Shown one piece after another: positions 46,500 to 60,739 of a DNA stretch of 64,000 nt. The notes below the pieces were generated by a model. It did not search any database. It was given only the letters and a program-made list of their open reading frames with translations, and was not told the DNA's origin. A program made the position numbers and the translations under genes. The stretch is from Schmidtea polychroa (Eukaryota): the NCBI GenBank assembly GCA_044892525.1, contig CM097885.1, positions 34,412,001 to 34,476,000 of the forward strand, written 5' to 3'. How positions within the stretch are numbered: the first letter of the stretch is position 1; every line of letters begins with the position of its first letter.

Positions 46500-47680
46500 C
46501 AATACAAAAATCCGACTACCACTAAAAAAGCCAAGGATTTTTCAGACTATAGTAAGGTTAGTCTCCTTGGTCCTGAGAAATAGGTGGTCTACACTAAAAA
46601 ACGTGGTAATTTAAGGTCTCAGGATATTTTCAATACAAAAAGCTGGTCTACACTAAAAAAGCATGGAAATTTCACACTATAGTGAGGTGGGTCTCCTTGG
46701 TCCTGAGAAAAAGGCGGTCTTCAATAAAAAAGCATGGTAATTTAAGGTCTCAGGATATTTTCAATACAAAAATCCGACTATCAATGAAAAAGCATGGTAA
46801 TTTAAGGTCTCAGGATATTTTCAATACAAAAAGCTGGTCTACACTAAAAAAGCATGGAAATTTCACACTATAGTGAGGTGGGTCTCCTTGGTCCTGAGAA
46901 AAAGGCGGTCTTCAATAAAAAAGCATGGTAATTTAAGGTCTCAGGATATTTTCAATACAAAAATCCGACTATCAATGAAAAAGCATGGTAATTTAAGGTC
47001 TCAGGATATTTTCAATACAAAAATCCGACTATCAATGAAAAAGCATGGTAATTTAAGGTCTCAGGATATTTTCAATACAAAAGCTGGTCTTCAATAAAAA
47101 AGCATGGTAATTTAAGGTCTCAGGATATTTTCAATACAAAAAGGTGGTCTACACTAAAAAAGCATGGATTTTTCACACTATAGTGAGGGGGTCTCGATGG
47201 TCCTGGGATTTTCAATACAAAAAAATTTTTTCAATACAAAAATCCGACTACCACTAAAAAGCATGGAATTTTCACACTATAGTGAGGGGGTCTCGATGGT
47301 CCTGGGATTTTCAATACAAAAAAAAATTTTTCATTACAAAAAGGCAGTCTCAATAAAAAAGCATGGATTATTCACACTATAGTGAGGGGGTCTCGATGGT
47401 CCTGGGATTTTCAATACAAAAAAAATTTTTTCAATAGAAAAAGGTGGTCTACACTAAAAAAAGCCAAGGATTTTTCAGACTATAGTGAGGTCAGTCACCT
47501 TGGTCCTGAGAAATGGGTGGTCTACACTAAAAAAACGTGGTAATTTAAGGTCTCAGGATATTTTCAATACAAAAAGCTGGTCTACACTAAAAAAGCCAAG
47601 GATTTTTCAGACTATAGTGAGGTGAGTCTCCTTGGTCCTGAGAAATAGGTGGTCTACACTAAAAAAACGGGGTAAATTTT
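46500..47680. repeat. ~60-bp satellite (mirrored at 59470-60260 with a different copy number)
   Basis: AAAGCATGGTAATTTAAGGTCTCAGGATATTTTCAATACAAAA.. units. Confidence 0.9.
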
Positions 47681-48350
47681 TTCAATTAAAGTAAATAATG
47701 GTCCTAAAAATTAAATTACAGTAAATTATGGTCCAAATTTTTCAATTAAAGTTAATTAATGTCCAAATTTTTCAATTACAGTAAATTATGGTCAAAAATT
47801 TAGAATTACAGTAAATTATGGTCCAAATTTTTCAAATACAGTAAATTATGGGTCTAAAAATTAAATTACAGTAAATTATGGTTCAAATTTTTCAATTACA
47901 ATAAATTATGGTTCTAAAAAATTAAATTACAGTAAATTATGGCTCAAATTTTTGAATTACAGTAAGTAATGGGTCTAAAAATTAAATTACAGTAAATAAT
48001 GGTCCTAAAAAATTAAATTACAGTAAATTATGGTCCAAATTTTTCAATTACAGTAAATTATGGTTCTAAAAAATTAAATTACAGTAAATTATGGTCCAAA
48101 TTTTTCAAATGCAGTAAATTATGGTTCTAAAAATTAAATTATAGTAAATAATGGTTCTTAAAAATTAAATTACAGTAAATAATGGTCCAAATTTTTAAAT
48201 TAAAGTAAATTTAGGTTCTAAAAAATTAAATTAAACTAAATTATGGTTCTAAAAATTGAATTACAGTAAATTATGGCTCAAATTTTTCAATTACAGTAAA
48301 TTAAGGTTCTAAAAAATTAAATTAAAGTTAATTAAGGTCCAAATTTTAAA
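47680..48350. repeat. 30-31-bp satellite (mirrored at 59030-59460)
   Basis: GTCCAAATTTTTCAATTACAGTAAATTATG units. Confidence 0.9.
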
Positions 48351-48499
48351 ATTAAGTAATCAATGGTAAAAAATTTTAAATAAGTAAATCAAAGTAATAA
48401 TTTTTAAATAAGTAATGTAATAAGTAAATTAAAGTAAGATTTTTAAATTTATTAACAAAAAGTTGAAATAATAGAAGGTGTTTGAGAATTGAAATTTTT

Positions 48500-48720
48500 T
48501 AATGAAAATTTTTATGAAATAATTTTCAATGGTAATTTTTTATGGAAATTTTTATGAAATATTTTTCAATGGTAATTTTTTATGGAAATTTTTATGAAAT
48601 ATTTTTCAATGGTAATTTTTAATGAAAATTTTTATGAAATATTTTTCAATGATAATTTTAGATGGAAATTTTTAAGATAACTTTTAATGAAAATTTTTAT
48701 GAAATATTTTTCAAAGACAA
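48500..48720. repeat. 40-bp satellite (mirrored at 58655-58870)
   Basis: TTTATGAAATATTTTTCAATGGTAATTTTTTATGGAAATT units. Confidence 0.85.
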
Positions 48721-48734
48721 ATTTTAATAATAAT

Positions 48735-49760
48735 TCAACAACAAACCAACAACTTAGGACCAACAACCAGTAATTTACGAACATGTAGTTACAACCAGAT
48801 ACCTACAACTAGTTACTAACAACTAGTTACCTGCTACCAAGTACTTACAACTAGATACCACGTACTAACTAACTCTCAAACAACCAGATACTTACAACCA
48901 ATTACCACCTACCCATTAACTAGCTACAACTAGATACCAAGTACCAACAACCAGTTACCAACTACTAAGCACCTACAACCACCTACAAAGTACATATAAC
49001 CAACATCAACCAGGTACTAAGCATTAATTACCAATTACTAAGTACCTACAACCACCTACCCATTAACTAGCTACAACCAGTTAACAACTAGCTACCACCT
49101 ACCAATTAACTAGCTACAACCAGCTAACTAGGTACTAGATACCAAGTACTAACAACCAGTTACCAACTACTAAGCACCTACAACCACCTACCAAGTACTA
49201 ACAACCGACAACAACCAGCTAACAACTAACTACCACCTACCAAGTACTAACAATCAAAAGCAACAACTAGATGCTAACAACCAAAAACATGCAACCAACT
49301 AGCTACCAAGTACTAACAACCAACATCAACCAGGTACTAAGCATCATCAACCAACTACTAAGTACCTACAACCAACTAGCTACCACCTACCAAGTACTAA
49401 CAACCAGTTACCTGATACCAAGTACTAACAACCCACAACAATTAGCTAACAACTAACTACCACCTACCAAGTACCTACAACTAGATACTAACAACCAGTT
49501 ACCCATTAACTAGCTACAACCAGCACTCAACTAGCTACCAACTACCAAGTACTAACAACCAACTAGCTACCACCTACCAAGTACTAACAACCAGTTACCA
49601 ACTACTAAGCATTAATTACCTACAACTAGTTACTAACAACTAGATACCAAGTACATACAACCAACAACTAAGCATTATCAACCAAGTACTAACAACCAAG
49701 TAACTTACCTAGTAATAAGCACTGTCAACTAGATACCAAACACTTACAACCAGATGACCA
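48735..49760. repeat. Strand-skewed A/C-rich complex repeat (mirrored at 57610-58630)
   Basis: ACCAAGTACTAACAACCAG / CTACCACCTAC variants. Confidence 0.9.
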
Positions 49761-50050
49761 CATGAAATTATTGGTTAAATATGAAAATAAGGATTATATT
49801 TAGTTGTTAAGTAAATTATGGTGTAAAATTAAGAAATAAAGAATAATTAGGTAAATTAAAGTTAAAAATTTTAAATAAGTAAATTAAGGTTCAAAATTTA
49901 AAATTAAGTATCCAATGGTTCAAATTTTAAATTAAAGCTAAATAAGTAAATTAAAGTAAGATTTTTAAATTTATTATCAAAAGATTGAATAACCACCAAC
50001 TTTTTTGAGAAATGTAATTTATAATGAAAATTTAAATGGAAATTTTAATG

Positions 50051-50092
<42 letters not shown>

Positions 50093-53000
50093 TAATAATA
50101 ATAATAATATTAATAATAAAAATAATAATTCAACAATCAGATTCCAACAACGATCATGTATTTTTAACTAGGTGCTAACAAATACTTTCAACATGATACC
50201 ACATACTAACTAAATCTCAATCAACCAAGTAAAAACAACCAAGTACTAACAACCAACTAAATCTTCTTCATTGTATCTTATGAAATGCTTTTTAAATTAA
50301 TTTTTTATCTGTCTTCAAAAATATGTTTAATTACAATCAATAGAAAAACCTTTTCATGATGTCTAAATTTAACAAAAATGTTGATTTTCATCAAAAAAAT
50401 GAATAATTGTCAACTCTAACACCACGTGGAATTGAAAAAAAATTACAATGAAAGACTAATGAATTCTAATTTACAAAACATTCTTCTTTTAATTGATAAC
50501 TTATTATTGCAATGTAAAAATCGCATTCAATAAATACTTATTGTTGATCAGTTTTATTATATATACTCTGAGTTTATCCGACAGGATGTTTTGACCCCCT
50601 AAGGATACAGGTCATAAGGCTACTGGTCGTAAGGGTATTAGTCGTAAGAGTAATGGTTGTAAGGATATTGCTAACACTCAACCCCCACCTACCCATTAAG
50701 TAGTTACTAAGTACTATCAACCAACTACTTACAACCAACAACTATGTACTAACAAATTGATCTTTAAAAGTAAATACTCATCACTTGAAAAATTAGATGG
50801 AAAATTAATTGAACTCAAGGCATCAATAACTAGGTAAAAATTGAATAAATATTTTGTAAAAATTTAAATTATTCAAAATAAATATCATAAAAATTTAATT
50901 AATAGACAAGACAGAATTCTAATCATTAATCATCCAGTAAATAAAAAAAATACTGATCATTCAAGTTGAATCAACTAAGTTAATAAATTAATAAGAATTT
51001 TTAAATAAGATCTAATAAATAACTGATTTAGATTGAATAAATTAATTTAAATAAAATTAATTTTAATTATTTTTTTTTAAAAGTAATACATGTACTCAAA
51101 TTGATTGACTGATTGCTCAAAATATTCAAAAATCAGTATAAATTCATTAAAATTATCAATGTCATCAATCTACAATAAAAATAATTATCATTAAATTCCA
51201 ATAGACTAGAAAACTAACAAACCAGTAAATTCATTCAAATGACAATAATTGGTATATCCGAGTGAATTCTCCAAGGAAATCATCTAAAAAGAATCATTTT
51301 CCCCTAAATATATCAATATTTAAAGATTGGTATTTTAATGATAAATACTTGTTTAAGATCATATATTCACCTCAAACTAATAAGATTCCTTAAAATCCCT
51401 TAAATGACTATATTTCAACCCTTAATTCATATTATTACAAATATCATCTAAAAAGCATCAAATTTCCCTGAAATATCTCTGTCTTTTAAGATTAGTATTT
51501 TATCGATAAGTATTTGTTAAAGATCATGTATTCCCCTCAGATTAATAAGATTCCTTAAAATCCCCTTTAAATGACTATAATTCTAACTTTAATTCATATT
51601 ATTCCCGAATATTTCCCTATAAAACATGTAAAATCATTAACCCTAAATAATTTATAAAATCTAATGATAAAAGTGGTTATAATAAAATTTTTGTTAATCA
51701 TTGTACTCGAAATTTAAAATAAATATAACTGACTAGGTCCCATTGAAAGATTAAATTTATCCATTCAATAAAATATATTTCTTCAAATGATCATTTTACC
51801 GATATTCAACCGATTTAATTACTAATTAAAATCAAGATTTCTTCCAATAAAGATCAATGTTTTAAGTCCACATTTCTCGACTTTTGTCATTCTCCGCTTA
51901 AATAAAGATAAAAATAAATTAAAGTTGATATCAATCCCAATTATCTGTAAAGATTTCATTATCAAAACCAAGTAAATCGATCATTATCCCTACTTAATAA
52001 AACATTGTTCTAAATTAATTTACTGTGCATTAATCACAACCTAATAAAACGATATAATTATTATTGATTCATAACTGAATAATTGCAATTTCCCTTAAAA
52101 CATTGATATTTTACCAACATCATCCTTAAAAAATCATATATTCCCATCTTAACCCATCCCTCATTAAATTTAATCGACTAAATCTCCCTTAAAAGATCAT
52201 ATTTTCCATCTTAACCGATCTCTCATTAAATCTAACCGACAATATCCCATCTTAACCGATCTCTCACCAAATATTTCTACCTCTTTAAACATCTAACCAA
52301 TTATATTCTACCCACTTGAATCCTCCTTTAATTCAGTTCAGTCTTAAAATCTTTAAAGAACTTCAAAAAATATGAATTTTCATAAACACCAGGCATTCTT
52401 CCATTGAAATAATTTAGAAGCTAAATCGATCATTATCCCTACTTAATAGAACATTGTTCTAAATTAATTTACTGTGCATTATTCACAATCTAATAAAACG
52501 ATATAATTATTATTGATACATAACTGACTAATGTATTGACATTTCCCTTAAAACATTGATATTTTACCAACAGCATACTTAAAAAATCATATATTCCCAT
52601 CTTAACCCATCTCTCATTAAAATCAATCGACTATATCCCCCTTACAATGATATATTTCCATCTTAACCCATCCCTCAATAAATTTAGCCGACTATATCCA
52701 CTCAAAAGATCATATTCTCTCATTAAAGTCAATCGACTATATCTCCCTTACAATGATCAATTTCCATCTTAACCCATCCTTCATTAAATTTAACCGACTA
52801 TATCCCCAATAAAAACATATATTCCCATCTTAACCGATCTCTCAGTAAATATTTCTACCACTTTAAACTTCAATATCTAACCAACTATATCCCTTGAGGT
52901 TATATCCCCTTTAATTCAGTCAATCGTCTTAAAATCCTTAGAGAACTTCAAAAATATGACTTTTAATTAATTGTTATAGAACCAGACATTTTTCCATTGA

Positions 53001-53659
53001 AATAATTTAGAAGCTAAATAATAAGAGCCCACTAAAAATCAAAATTCACTAAAGTTTTCTACAAATATTTACCATCAAATACCTAACTGGAGATGATATA
53101 TATATATATATATTGATTGATCGTAATTCTTCAGCTATTCAACCAATCATTTTCAAGCACTATCAGCAAACTAAATTTCAGTATCCTACAATAATTATCA
53201 AGTAAATTTAAAGTTAACTAGTTTCTTAGCTTATGTTTTTTAAAGTTCATCAATGAGTAAATATTCTTAGAAAATTATTGAAAAATTATTTAGTCAAATA
53301 TATTACAATGTTATCATCAAAAATTTATTCTATCACTTAATTATTAACCTAATTGTCAATGAAATTAGTTTTTATTTAAAAACTATTCAATAAAATACAA
53401 CTAATTATCAAGAAATTTTTTAAATTTATCAATTAAATTTATCACCATTAAAACTTTTAATCAGTCAACATGAAATTCTTAGAAAAATATTCAATATCCT
53501 CATCAAAATTTATCCTATCACAAACTTTAATTATTAATTTCATTAAAAATAAATTTTTATTTAAAATTAAAAAACCAATCAATAAAAATACATCCAATTA
53601 TCAAGAAATTAATTAAATTTATCTTAGAACTAACTTTGAATTATTAAATATTCATTCAA

Positions 53660-53990
53660 TAATCATGAAATCCACAAAAATAATAGAAATTTACAAAAAT
53701 CAAAGAAATTCACAAAAATGATAAAAATTCATGAAAATGATAGATATCCACAAAAATTACTGATATTCACAAAAAATTATGGAAATTCATGAAAATGATG
53801 GAAATCTACAAAAAACGATAAAAATTCATAAAAATTATAGCAATTCGCAAAAATAATAGGAAATTCACAAAAATGATAGATATCCACAAAAATTATAGAT
53901 AATCACAAAAATTACGGAAAATAATAGAAATCCGCAAAAATAATAGAAATTCACAAAAAACGATAAAAATTCACAAAAAAGATAGAAATT
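53660..53990. repeat. ~20-bp satellite in the palindrome spacer
   Basis: GAAATTCACAAAAATGATAG variants. Confidence 0.8.
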
Positions 53991-56900
53991 TACTTGAATA
54001 TTTACTAAAACTATCAACTCTAAAAATTATCAATGCCTTAAACAACAAATTTGCCTAAATAATCATTCAAATAAAAGCATTAAATGATAAGTACCCTTAC
54101 GACATGTTGAATGTGAGTAGTACCCTTGTGAGCAATTCCCATAGGGGGACAGAATATTTTGTCGGATAAACTCAGAGTATATATAATAAAACGAATTAAC
54201 TCATTCAAATTTTTCATTGAATTAGTCAAATTATCATAATTTCGATAAAAAATCTTATTCTAAAGTGGTAAGCAACTGTAGGATAAAAAGACAATTATTC
54301 TTTAAACTATGATAAAATTAACAATGAAGGTGGTAAGAATCTTCATTAAAGCGAGGAAATTATTCATTACTCGATGATAAATTCAAATGGGTGAAAATAA
54401 TTGGTAGAATAATCCATTAATGGATCATGAGAGGTAAATACTGAGAAGTGGCATGGATAACATGAAGGTTGATAAGAATGGAAGTATATTAATTGAATTT
54501 ATTTAAAATTATTTCATAAAATTCATAAATTTAATAAAAAAAAACAAATATTTGTGGGGATGTTTTAAGTGAATAATTAATAAAAATCGGCGGAATATAA
54601 GTAGAAAATCGGGGTGGGGGTTATAGGCGAATAATTAATGGAAATTCGAGGGATATTAGTGATTAATTAATGGAAAATCGGGGGGATATTAGTGATAATA
54701 ATTAGTGGAAAATAGAGAATCGAGGGAATATAGTCGATTGATTTTAATGAGAGATGGGTTAAGATGGGAATATATGATTTTTTAAGTATGCTGTTGGTAA
54801 AATATCAATGTTTTAAGGGAAATGTCAATACATTAGTCAGTTATGTATCAATAATAATTATATCGTTTTATTAGATTGTGAATAATGCACAGTAAATTAA
54901 TTTAGAACAATGTTCTATTAAGTAGGGATAATGATCGATTTAGCTTCTAAATTATTTCAATGGAAGAATGCCTGGTGTTTATGAAAATTCATATTTTTTG
55001 AAGTTCTTTAAAGATTTTAAGACTGAACTGAATTAAAGGAGGATTCAAGTGGGTAGAATATAATTGGTTAGATGTTTAAAGAGGTAGAAATATTTGGTGA
55101 GAGATCGGTTAAGATGGGATATTGTCGGTTAGATTTAATGAGAGATCGGTTAAGATGGAAAATATGATCTTTTAAGGGAGATATAGTCGATTAAATTTAA
55201 TGAGGGATGGGTTAAGATGGGAATATATGATTTTTTAAGGATGATTTTGGTAAAATATCAATGTTTTAAGGGAAATTGCAATTAGTCAGTTATGAATCAA
55301 TAATAATTATATCGTTTTATTAGGTTGTGATTAATGCACAGTAAATTAATTTAGAACAATGTTTTATTAAGTAGGGATAATGATCGATTTACTTGGTTTT
55401 GATAATGAAATCTTTACAGATAATTGGGATTGATATCAACTTTAATTTATTTTTATCTTTATTTAAGCGGAGAATGACAAAAGTTGAGAAATATGGACTT
55501 AAACCATTGATCTTTATTGGAAGAAATCTTGATTTTAATTAGTAATTAAATCGGTTGAATATCGGTAAAATGATCATTTGAAGAAATATATTTTATTGAA
55601 TGGATAAATTTAATCTTTCAATGGGACCTAGTCAGTTATATTTATTTTAAATTTCGAGTACAATGATTAACAAAAATTTTATTATAACCACTTTTATCAT
55701 TAGATTTTATAAATTATTTAGGGTTAATGATTTTACATGTTTTATAGGGAAATATTCGGGAATAATATGAATTAAAGTTAGAATTATAGTCATTTAAAGG
55801 GGATTTTAAGGAATCTTATTAATCTGAGGGGAATACATGATCTTTAACAAATACTTATCGATAAAATACTAATCTTAAAAGACAGAGATATTTCAGGGAA
55901 ATTTGATGCTTTTTAGATGATATTTGTAATAATATGAATTAAGGGTTGAAATATAGTCATTTAAGGGATTTTAAGGAATCTTATTAGTTTGAGGTGAATA
56001 TATGATCTTAAACAAGTATTTATCATTAAAATACCAATCTTTAAATATTGATATATTTAGGGGAAAATGATTCTTTTTAGATGATTTCCTTGGAGAATTC
56101 ACTCGGATATACCAATTATTGTCATTTGAATGAATTTACTGGTTTGTTAGTTTTCTAGTCTATTGGAATTTAATGATAATTATTTTTATTGTAGATTGAT
56201 GACATTGATAATTTTAATGAATTTATACTGATTTTTGAATATTTTGAGCAATCAGTCAATCAATTTGAGTACATGTATTACTTTTAAAAAAAAATAATTA
56301 AAATTAATTTTATTTAAATTAATTTATTCAATCTAAATCAGTTATTTATTAGATCTTATTTAAAAATTCTTATTAATTTATTAACTTAGTTGATTCAACT
56401 TGAATGATCAGTATTTTTTTTATTTACTGGATGATTAATGATTAGAATTCTGTCTTGTCTATTAATTAAATTTTTATGATATTTATTTTGAATAATTTAA
56501 ATTTTTACAAAATATTTATTCAATTTTTACCTAGTTATTGATGCCTTGAGTTCAATTAATTTTCCATCTAATTTTTCAAGTGATGAGTATTTACTTTTAA
56601 AGATCAATTTGTTAGTACATAGTTGTTGGTTGTAAGTAGTTGGTTGATAGTACTTAGTAACTACTTAATGGGTAGGTGGGGGTTGAGTGTTAGCAATATC
56701 CTTACAACCAGTACCCTTACGACTAATACCCTTACGACCAGTAGCCTTATGACCTGTATCCTTAGGGGGTCAAAACATCCTGTCGGATAAACTCAGAGTA
56801 TATATAATAAAACTGATCAACAATAAGTATTTATTGAATGCGATTTTTACATTGCAATAATAAGTTATCAATTAAAAGAAGAATGTTTTGTAAATTAGAA

Positions 56901-57271
56901 TTCATTAGTCTTTCATTGTAATTTTTTTTCAATTCCACGTGGTGTTAGAGTTGACAATTATTCATTTTTTTGATGAAAATCAACATTTTTGTTAAATTTA
57001 GACATCATGAAAAGGTTTTTCTATTGATTGTAATTAAACATATTTTTGAAGACAGATAAAAAATTAATTTAAAAAGCATTTCATAAGATACAATGAAGAA
57101 GATTTAGTTGGTTGTTAGTACTTGGTTGTTTTTACTTGGTTGATTGAGATTTAGTTAGTATGTGGTATCATGTTGAAAGTATTTGTTAGCACCTAGTTAA
57201 AAATACATGATCGTTGTTGGAATCTGATTGTTGAATTATTATTTTTATTATTAATATTATTATTATTATTA

Positions 57272-57316
<45 letters not shown>

Positions 57317-60300
57317 CATTAAAATTTCCATTTAAATTTTCATTATAAATTACATTTCTCAAAAAAGTTGGTGGTTATTCAATCTTTTGATAATAAATTT
57401 AAAAATCTTACTTTAATTTACTTATTTAGTTTTAATTTAAAATTTGAACCATTGGATACTTAATTTTAAATTTTGAACCTTAATTTACTTATTTAAAATT
57501 TTTAACTTTAATTTACCTAATTATTCTTTATTTCTTAATTTTACACCATAATTTACTTAACAACTAAATATAATCCTTATTTTCATATTTAACCAATAAT
57601 TTCATGTGGTCATCTGGTTGTAAGTGTTTGGTAGCTAGTTGACAGTGCTTAGTACTAGGTAAGTTACTTGGTTGTTAGTACTTGGTTGATAATGCTTAGT
57701 TGTTGGTTGTATGTACTTGGTATCTAGTTGTTAGTAACTAGTTGTAGGTAATTAATGCTTAGTAGTTGGTAACTGGTTGTTAGTACTTGGTAGGTGGTAG
57801 CTAGTTGGTTGTTAGTACTTGGTAGTTGGTAACTAGTTGAGTGCTGGTTGTAGCTAGTTAATGGGTAACTGGTTGTTAGTATCTAGTTGTAGGTACTTGG
57901 TAGGTGGTAGTTAGTTGTTAGCTAATTGTTGTGGGTTGTTAGTACTTGGTATCAGGTAACTGGTTGTTAGTACTTGGTAGGTGGTAGCTAGTTGGTTGTA
58001 GGTACTTAGTAGTTGGTTGATGATGCTTAGTACCTGGTTGATGTTGGTTGTTAGTACTTGGTAGCTAGTTGGTTGCATGTTTTTGGTTGTTAGCATCTAG
58101 TTGTTGCTTTTGATTGTTAGTACTTGGTAGGTGGTAGTTAGTTGTTAGCTGGTTGTTGTCGGTTGTTAGTACTTGGTAGGTGGTTGTAGGTGCTTAGTAG
58201 TTGGTAACTGGTTGTTAGTACTTGGTATCTAGTACCTAGTTAGCTGGTTGTAGCTAGTTAATTGGTAGGTGGTAGCTAGTTGTTAACTGGTTGTAGCTAG
58301 TTAATGGGTAGGTGGTTGTAGGTACTTAGTAGTTGGTAATTAATGCTTAGTACCTGGTTGATGTTGGTTATATGTACTTTGTAGGTGGTTGTAGGTGCTT
58401 AGTAGTTGGTAACTGGTTGTTGGTACTTGGTATCTAGTTGTAGCTAGTTAATGGGTAGGTGGTAATTGGTTGTAAGTATCTGGTTGTTTGAGAGTTAGTT
58501 AGTACGTGGTATCTAGTTGTAAGTACTTGGTAGCAGGTAACTAGTTGTTAGTAACTAGTTGTAGGTATCTGGTTGTAACTACATGTTCGTAAGTTACTGG
58601 TTGTTGGTCCTAAGTTGTTGGTTTGTTGTTGAATTATTATTAAAATTTGTCTTTGAAAAATATTTCATAAAAATTTTCATTAAAAGTTATCTTAAAAATT
58701 TCCATCTAAAATTATCATTGAAAAATTTTTTTCATAAAAATTTTCATTAAAAATTACCATTGAAAAATATTTCATAAAAATTTCCATAAAAAATTACCAT
58801 TGAAAAATATTTCATAAAAATTTCCATTAAAAATTAACTTAAAAAATTGTTTCATAAAAATTTTCATTAAAAAATTTCAATTCTCAAACACCTTCTATTA
58901 TTTCAACTTTTTGTTAATAAATTTAAAAATCTTACTTTAATTTACTTATTACATTACTTATTTAAAAATTATTACTTTAATTTACTTATTTAACTTTAAT
59001 TTTAATTTTTTACTTTGATTACTTAATTTTAAAATTTGGACCATTATTTACTTTAATTTAATTTTTTAGGACCATAATTAACTATAATAGAAAAATTTGG
59101 ACCATAATTTACTGTAATTTAATTTTTTAGGACCATAATTTACTTTAATTTAAAAATTTGGACCTTAATTTACTTTAATTTAATTTTTAGGACCATTATT
59201 TACTGTAATTTAAAATATTTGGACCATTATTTACTTTAATTTAATTTTTTAGAACCATAATTAACTGTAATTGAAATATTTGGACCATTATTTACTGTAA
59301 TTCAAAATTTTTGACCATTATTTACTGTAATTTAATTTTTAGAACCATTATTTACTTTAATTTAATTTTTTAGAACCATAATTAACTGTAATTTTATTTT
59401 TTAGGACCATAATTACTTTATTTGAAAAATTTGAACCATAATTTACTTTAATTGACAAATTTACCACGTTTTTTACTGTAGACCGCCTTTTTCTCAGGAC
59501 CAAGAAGCCCCACCTGAATTGACCTAGAAAAATCCATGCTTTTTTAGATATAATCGGATTTTTGTATTGAAAATAACCCGAGACCTTAAATTACCACTGT
59601 TTTTTTGTGATAATCGGATTTTTGTATTGAAAATATCCTGAGACCTTAAATTGCCACTCTTTTTTAGTGTAGACCACCTTTTTGTATTGAAAATATCCTG
59701 AGACCTTAAATTACCATGCTTTTTTAGTGGTAGTCGGATTTTTGTATTGAAAATATCTTGAGACCTTAAATTACCATGCTTTTTTAGTGTAGACCACCTT
59801 TTTGTATTGAAATTCTCAGGACCAAGGAGACCCACCTGAATTGACCTAGAAAAATCCATGCTTTTTTATTGAAGACCACCTTTTTGTATTGAAAATATCC
59901 TGAGACCTTAAATTACCATGCTTTTTTATTGAAGACCCGCTTTTGTATTGAAAATATCCTGAGACCTTAAATTGCCACTGTTTTTTAGTGTAGACCATAT
60001 TTTTGTATTGAAAATATCCTGAGACCTTAAATTGCCACTGTTTTTTTTTAGTGTAGACCACCTTTTTGTATTGAAGTTCTCAGGACCATCGAGACCCCCT
60101 CACTATAGTCTGAAAATTCCATGCTTTTTTATTGAAGACCGCCTTTTTGTATTGAAAAAAATGTTTTGTATTGAAAATCCCAGGACCATCGAAACCCCCT
60201 CACTATAGTCTGAAAATTCCATGCTTTTTTAGTGATAGTCGGATTTTTGTATTGAAAAAAAATATGATGAGCCCACTGCAACAATTGCATAATCAAAAGT

Positions 60301-60739
60301 TGCAACAAAAAAAAAGTTGCAACAACCCCCCCCCCCCCCCCCCCGGGGGTAATTGTTGCAGCGGGCTCCTAACTACCTACTGATATCTGGTTAATCGGTA
60401 TTGGGTAGATTAGCTATTCAGAGATTGTGTGTTTTGAACTTGACCTCATCCAAAAAATAAAGATCAATAATCCATAATCGATAATCAATAACAGTAGTTG
60501 ATATACACACCCGCCACTAGACCAACCTACTCGAGAATCAAAAAATTAATTTAGAAAAATTAAATAATTTAATAATTTTAAATTTTAGATATGAAATATA
60601 GAGAACCCAAAAGTCAACCACCCGAACCCGACCATCAATAATCAATAATCAATAGTCGATAATCAATAACTAATAACTTACTATCGTCAAGAATATCCGA
60701 CCTTCAACTAAAAGTAAAGTAGTTATTTGGTTAGTTTTT

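Larger units (their letters stand above)
46383..60381. mobile_element. 14.0-kb non-coding palindromic element with Maverick-type ends
   Basis: AGTAGGTAG..CTACCTACT termini; 6-bp TSD GATATC (46377-46382, 60382-60387); inverted arms ~46383-52637 and ~54728-60381. Confidence 0.85.

Noticed and set aside
46682..47382. Repetitive ORFs in the palindrome (also 49271, 57911, 59524-60383)
   Set aside because: Translations of 60-bp and A/C-rich satellites; not conserved in frame.
46500..48350. CRISPR-like array
   Set aside because: Head-to-tail units without unique spacers, no cas genes, eukaryotic context.
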